Shown here one piece after another: positions 60,101 to 64,000 of a stretch of 64,000 bases of DNA (the first letter of the stretch is position 1; every line of letters begins with the position of its first letter). Source of the DNA: an uncultured Gammaproteobacteria bacterium (lineage in GTDB: Bacteria; Patescibacteriota; Patescibacteriia; UBA9934); contig CAYFMS010000001.1 in NCBI GenBank assembly GCA_964344415.1, forward strand, positions 250,620 to 314,619, read 5' to 3'. Both the position numbers and the translations under genes were made by a program. The notes under the pieces are model-generated. The model did not search any database, was not told the DNA's origin, and worked only from the letters and a program-made list of their open reading frames with translations.

Positions 60101-63100
60101 ATTGCTTTCAAGCGATATTGACTGGGATTGGTTTGTTGGACCAAGCATTGCTTCCATTGAACCGGGTGCATGTCAGGGGGATAATCGAGACGAATGCGCC
60201 GTTGTGACGGCTCGCTCACAAGGAGAAACAAAAGTCATTGCTCGTGAACGTCAAAGTCGGCTTTCGGATGATGCAGATCTTACCGTTATCTTTGAAGACC
60301 CATATGTAGAACAATATTGGCCTCATTGTAATTCAGCATGCCTGAATGCGGCTATTGGTGGGCGATTCAATGTACCGATGAGACTTTCTTATCTTGGAAC
60401 GGGTATTGAAGATGTAAATAATGTCATTGTTGAAGAATGTGCAAATGAACTTTGTGCAACGACGACGAGACAGATTGCAAATTCAGCTCATTGTGTCATT
60501 GAAGAGGAATTACCAAATGGCGAGAGTGGATGCATTGAATTTGCTGCAAATCTCGACATCGACCGACTCAATCCGGATGCATTCTATCGCGTAACCGTCT
60601 CTCAAAATATTCAGTCACGTGAAGCGAAGCCGCTTACACGTTTGAATGATCCAAGTGGTTTTGTATGGACATTTGGTTCAGGGGCAGATGTTTGCGCTGT
60701 TTCATATATTGATGTTCATCCAGATCGTGAAATCACGGATTTGGTCGGGGACCGATCTTCATTTGCCGTGAAGCCATTCAGCGATCCAGATAGTTGTTCT
60801 GTCGCAGGGCAAAGGCTTGATGCTCGTGATTATGATTGGAATTGGTCCATTGACGATGTTAGAATTGCTGATTTCGTAGGCCCACAAAGTGGATTCTTCG
60901 AATCAGGTATAGATAATATTCCAAATGGATGTACGGATTCTTGTTTGGCGTCTGGTTCGGTGTCATTGCCGGCTCTTTGTGGAAACGGAATTATCGAAAC
61001 CGGCGAGGAATGTGAAGACGGAAATATTGCATCGGGAGATGGATGTAGCTCTTCCTGCTTGCGCGAAGGTGTTTTCGGTGAGGGGCAAATTCTTTGCGGA
61101 AATGGAATATTGAATCGATTGCCAAGTGGTGCGGGTGAAGATTGTGATGACGGAAATCGATTCAATGGAGACGGTTGTAGTTCTCTTTGTTTGAATGAAG
61201 GGTCTCATTCCATCAATGCACAATGTGGAAATGGTGATATTGCTTTCGATCCTTCAGTTGGTGGTGAAGACTGTGATGATGGAAATCTAGTAAGCGGCGA
61301 CGGATGTAGCGCATCTTGTACATTTGAAGGGTCTTCTTCTGTTCTTGAATCTCCAGCCATTTGTGGAGATGGTCAGATTACAGCACCATATGAGACATGC
61401 GATGATGGGAATGCTATTTCGGGTGATGGATGTAGTGCATTTTGTGTGCGTGAGGGTAATACGATTGGTTCTGTTTGTGGTGATGGATTACTCGCGCGAA
61501 ATCCATTAACGGATGCAGGTGAAGATTGCGATGACGGAAATCGATTCAATGGAGATGGTTGTAGCTCACTTTGCTTATTTGAAGGTTCCTCTATGCAATA
61601 TGATGCCCCTTCTATTTGCGGTGATGGAATTGCGGGTATTGGTGAATACGGAGCTTGCGAAATCGGAGTAAGTGGTGATGGTCGTATTGATCCGACTCAA
61701 CTGGCAGAAATCATGTCGACGGCTCCTCTTCAAGTTGATGAACGCACTCATTTAGCAGAAGCGACTATCACGGTCACCGAGGGTGATAGTGTCAGTATTT
61801 CGGATCAGGCAGTGTATGGACTGTCTTGCGGGGCAGAATCTGATCTTGATTGTCGAGATCCGGACGAAAATGGTATTGGTCAAAATGGATGCTGCATTGC
61901 GCGGCCTTCCGTCACGGATATTTTGCCTAATCATAGCAATGTTTGCCGAAATGCAACCCTTCAATTCATTACAGATCAGGAAATAGATAGTGATAGCTAT
62001 CAAGGAAATGTATTCGCTATTCTCGATACGAGCACGACAGGAGGTATTTGTCCGGATGGTCATAAAATTCTTACAAATGATGATTTGGCGCTTCATGATT
62101 CTTTCCTTGCGCGACTTTGGCATTCATTAAAGCGATTCTTTGTACCGAATGTGACGGCGCAAAGTGCTGGAGAGTGTGCGATCGATGTGAGAGATGTCTC
62201 GTCCATACCGATTGAAAATCAAGATGGATCTGTCCAGGCATATAGAAATATTCTTTCTTACACGAATGCACTCGAACCAAATGCGAATTATACGATTTTT
62301 GTAGAAGGAGATGAAAATGTTCGTGATGCTGTTTTGGAAGGAATTGCTGCCCGTGGAGGTGCTCATATGAATGGTATTGCAAGACAATCGTTCACGACTG
62401 GTTCAGAAATTTGTGAACTCGATCAAATCATTGTCGAAGATACAACGGGTGACATTCCTGGGTACTTCGGAACATTTGACGAATCTCATCTCTTTGCGGC
62501 AAGAACTTATACGCTTGAAAATGGTTCACGGGAAGAAATTCAACCAGTAGCGGGAGTGTATGAATGGGTATGGGATGATTGGCGTGAAGATTCTTCCGGC
62601 GTCATTGTCACAGTGGAAAGCGGTATTGATCTTGGTGGAAATTCGGTGGATGGATCGATTGCGACGGTGACATCTGGTCGGGAAATTGGAGATGCGAATG
62701 TTATTGCTTCGGTTGCCATCTTTGAAAATGGACAGCAGACAGGTACGCTTTCAAGCGCAGAGCAGGTCAGGACATTTACTTGTGAAAATCCATGGCCACA
62801 TTTCGATCATTTCCCATTTATTGATGACGATACTGGAACGCAGCCGGGAATAGAGCGCGGAATCGGATGGACGAATTTCTCAACATTCTATTGTCGAGAT
62901 GCTGGTGATGATGGTCCTTCTGGCGATTTGCCGGCTATTGACGTTGTACGTCCCGACCCAGGAGTTGGTGAGGGTGCTTCAATTGTTTTGAAGGAATATC
63001 TCTTTGAAATTGCTGATAATTCTGGAGATGCAATTGGTATTCGTATTGCTGAAAATCCGGATTATCTTAGCCCGCAGGATTGGTATACGGATCAGGGATT

Positions 63101-64000
63101 TGTTGGAAGTCCGTCGCCGGTACAAATTGATGGGTATGAAGCAATTCGTGATGGTCGAACCTATTATATTTCGGCTCCGAATGAGGGTGGTCTTGGTGCG
63201 CTCTATTCGAATATGTATATCATTTCGCATAATGAGCTTGCGGATGATGACACGTTAAACATCTTCAATCAAATCATCAATCACTTGAAATTAAATACAA
63301 ATATCACTGATGTTGGATTCTGTGCAGATGTGAGTGGTCAATATACCAATACATCCTGCTCTTCCGACCTCGACTGTAATGCGGGGGAAATTTGTGCAGA
63401 TGAAAAGGCAAAATTGACGCGAGATTTGAAGCGTATAACCGACATGCAAGTCATTGGTCAAGCAATCGAAGCGTATGGATCTTCAAATGGTTTCTGCAGT
63501 CAAACAACCGAGCAAGCCTGCACGAGTGCAAGTCAATGTCCGACGGGAGAGATCTGCAGGCAATCAGTGCCGTTACTCGAATCAGGTACTTTTGTTCGCT
63601 CGGTCGCCTCGAGCGCTTGGGATAGCTGGGGAACTGAATTCAGCGCCGCTCTTGGCAATGTGCCGAGCGATCCATTGAATTCATACGGCGATCTTTGTTC
63701 TATTGAGCCTGATTTGAATGAAAAATGTCAGGATATTTCTGATGGATCATATATGTGTCCCCTGGGTGCTCATGCATATCATTACCGCTCAAATGGAAAA
63801 TTTGACTATGAATTGACAGCGGACCTTGAATATAGCGGAGGTGATTGGGTCAATCCTGCCCCGTCATTCAATCTTGGGACGATTACAATAGGCGGAAATA
63901 ATGACAATTCTGTTTCTGGATTCTATGGGGGCCCATATGTTTGTCAGGGGTGGAGACTTGGAACATCGTCATTCTGCGGGGATGGAATCATTGGCGAAGA
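57102..64000 (+). CDS. Giant surface protein (>2290 aa, 3' end beyond window) with shared N-terminal module, IPT/TIG repeats and Myxococcus-type Cys-rich (DUF4215-like) repeats
   Basis: ATG 57102 overlaps previous stop (ATGA) and the frame stays open to window end. N-terminus is ...IIRTVLGVLGVLAVIIVIYAGFLWMTAAGNPERVDKAKRILIQAIIGL. At least four ISP..G..GT.V.I.G..FG IPT/TIG units sit around 58330..59470. At least six CG(N/D)G....GE.CDDGN...GDGCS..C units sit at 60978..61690. Confidence 0.7.
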   Translation, partial: MTFSRRNILMLLGLALGFAAILGFADFAFAQGAIDSLETVGDQSGLGDQDIRIVIARIIRTVLGVLGVLAVIIVIYAGFLWMTAAGNPERVDKAKRILIQAIIGLVIIFSSIAITTFVINSILNATGGSGTSGFGNGGRTVPIGGATTTSFVITEFVPEGEVPIRNVVGQLAFSGKIEEESAQDAIRVFNLDTQEEEEIDLTIGLTRIAIRSAETCPEPNDDRRCFGENTNYRLTVADSVRSQVGRELVCNTLHPCEFTFTTGDLIDVDDPNANLIIPGNGQRLAPSSLVDVQVHATDDSAVAAADFRAEGDLFNSVPATGDDLTDVTIDTLWDNAGFEENATYTLDVTVIDIAGNTDTDSVSVRINPAHCYNGSFDDDLGETGLDCGGVCGACQGGACTDSSECAFGSCINNVCTALPIIEGISPDNGAPGTFVYIQGSFFGSTAGQVFFTGENGTLLAATSPACSEGWGHSGVMVEVPVGAVDGPITLRTAAGLEDASNDDNGPLHSDFDVNELQRPNLCRISPNTGRQRSVVNLIGDNFGSALEDDSAVHFDLDESFLFDETEPNSYESWSNDSISVTTPGIPDDDYFVTVSTGGIRSNPAPFFMRSQSSDDFEDLPQISGIDPSSGGIGSYVTISGLHFGSRIGTVRFENTRTGESGVASIDFPESCSEGFWNNDQVIVIIPDAYDNGNAVQADAHSVYLIRSDGAISNSSSFQVTNASPDPGICLLDPDIGSSGTTVTIHGDHFGDGAGNVTFYNEIDGSITSWGNQQITVEAPTGETGPVYVTTVSDQDAFGGLESNRVNFEFGIQDDSVEVAGVRSGYGFTFSTGIIPETPSIVIACNEDIISGVPNAQFTQSVCHNVLVKADFTTLMDHSSLRMGESVLVQECLNDRCGRLGDPIDAELRLYDASGFTYFETEPFGNQAASANTKYQVTVTTAASSAEGIPFDRDISWQFETGDENASCTVEDVLLVPDEEILTYEGQQSEFRSYATDGSCLLLSSDIDWDWFVGPSIASIEPGACQGDNRDECAVVTARSQGETKVIARERQSRLSDDADLTVIFEDPYVEQYWPHCNSACLNAAIGGRFNVPMRLSYLGTGIEDVNNVIVEECANELCATTTRQIANSAHCVIEEELPNGESGCIEFAANLDIDRLNPDAFYRVTVSQNIQSREAKPLTRLNDPSGFVWTFGSGADVCAVSYIDVHPDREITDLVGDRSSFAVKPFSDPDSCSVAGQRLDARDYDWNWSIDDVRIADFVGPQSGFFESGIDNIPNGCTDSCLASGSVSLPALCGNGIIETGEECEDGNIASGDGCSSSCLREGVFGEGQILCGNGILNRLPSGAGEDCDDGNRFNGDGCSSLCLNEGSHSINAQCGNGDIAFDPSVGGEDCDDGNLVSGDGCSASCTFEGSSSVLESPAICGDGQITAPYETCDDGNAISGDGCSAFCVREGNTIGSVCGDGLLARNPLTDAGEDCDDGNRFNGDGCSSLCLFEGSSMQYDAPSICGDGIAGIGEYGACEIGVSGDGRIDPTQLAEIMSTAPLQVDERTHLAEATITVTEGDSVSISDQAVYGLSCGAESDLDCRDPDENGIGQNGCCIARPSVTDILPNHSNVCRNATLQFITDQEIDSDSYQGNVFAILDTSTTGGICPDGHKILTNDDLALHDSFLARLWHSLKRFFVPNVTAQSAGECAIDVRDVSSIPIENQDGSVQAYRNILSYTNALEPNANYTIFVEGDENVRDAVLEGIAARGGAHMNGIARQSFTTGSEICELDQIIVEDTTGDIPGYFGTFDESHLFAARTYTLENGSREEIQPVAGVYEWVWDDWREDSSGVIVTVESGIDLGGNSVDGSIATVTSGREIGDANVIASVAIFENGQQTGTLSSAEQVRTFTCENPWPHFDHFPFIDDDTGTQPGIERGIGWTNFSTFYCRDAGDDGPSGDLPAIDVVRPDPGVGEGASIVLKEYLFEIADNSGDAIGIRIAENPDYLSPQDWYTDQGFVGSPSPVQIDGYEAIRDGRTYYISAPNEGGLGALYSNMYIISHNELADDDTLNIFNQIINHLKLNTNITDVGFCADVSGQYTNTSCSSDLDCNAGEICADEKAKLTRDLKRITDMQVIGQAIEAYGSSNGFCSQTTEQACTSASQCPTGEICRQSVPLLESGTFVRSVASSAWDSWGTEFSAALGNVPSDPLNSYGDLCSIEPDLNEKCQDISDGSYMCPLGAHAYHYRSNGKFDYELTADLEYSGGDWVNPAPSFNLGTITIGGNNDNSVSGFYGGPYVCQGWRLGTSSFCGDGIIGE
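60978..61690 (+). repeat. In-frame tandem ~120-nt DNA repeats encoding Cys-rich CGNG...GEECDDGN..GDGCS..C modules
   Basis: Six successive units start with TGTGG(A/T)(A/G)A(C/T)GG; coding, not CRISPR. Confidence 0.6.

Noticed and set aside
60978-61690. Regular about 120-nt DNA periodicity that could be mistaken for a CRISPR-like array
   Set aside because: The repeats are in-frame within one open reading frame and encode Cys-rich protein modules. They have no spacer/repeat architecture and no cas genes.

Overview
This 64-kb window is a segment of an AT-leaning bacterial chromosome that uses the standard genetic code, and it is dominated by housekeeping genes. It carries the str operon (rpsL-rpsG-fusA ... 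tuf) and a contiguous S10/spc ribosomal-protein cluster (rpsJ, rplC-D-W-B, rpsS, rplV, rpsC, rplP, rpmC, rpsQ, rplN-X-E, Zn-type rpsN, rpsH, rplF-R, rpsE, rplO, secY, adk, map). The cluster has no L30 gene between S5 and L15 and no infA-rpmJ-rpsM-rpsK-rpsD-rpoA-rplQ after map. Other genes include ndk, murA, an M50 site-2-protease-like protein, ruvX, recO, aspS, scpAB, a D-Ala-D-Ala carboxypeptidase, a UbiA prenyltransferase, malic enzyme, parAB, a short RelA/SpoT homologue, topA, folC, dprA, pth, der, an LCP-family protein, lepB, hisS, rpsU and a split comEC. Gene content, the missing L30 and two tandem giant surface proteins suggest a CPR/Patescibacteria-like organism, but this is inference.

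The most notable findings are:
- An initiator-type tRNA-Met gene is interrupted in its anticodon loop by a 635-nt group-I-like intron that encodes a PD-(D/E)XK-type homing-endonuclease candidate.
- Three paralogous, strongly GC-rich genes of unknown function sit in two compositional islands. One island is inserted inside the str operon between fusA and tuf, and each gene is followed by a near-identical terminator hairpin.
- Two near-identical ~330-nt structured elements lie in inverted orientation and bracket the ~37.6-kb segment that holds the whole ribosomal cluster. Each carries a perfect 26-bp palindrome and compensatory peripheral hairpins. A third partial copy of the tail motif lies in the rpsL-rpsG spacer.
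- tRNA-Leu(CAA) and tRNA-Met(CAT) lie in tandem with a 31-nt duplicate of the tRNA-Leu 3' end between them, which is an att-like scar.
- A 100-nt tRNA-like gene has perfect acceptor, D and T arms but 34 nt between its anticodon-stem halves.
- A palindromic motif AAGGTTGAACCTT recurs in several intergenic regions.
- Two unusually long spacers inside the ribosomal cluster share hairpin motifs.
- Two adjacent giant secreted proteins share a conserved N-terminal double-hydrophobic module. The second is over 2,290 aa, is truncated by the window end, and is followed by IPT/TIG and Myxococcus-type Cys-rich (DUF4215-like) repeats.

No rRNA, CRISPR array or reverse transcriptase was seen.
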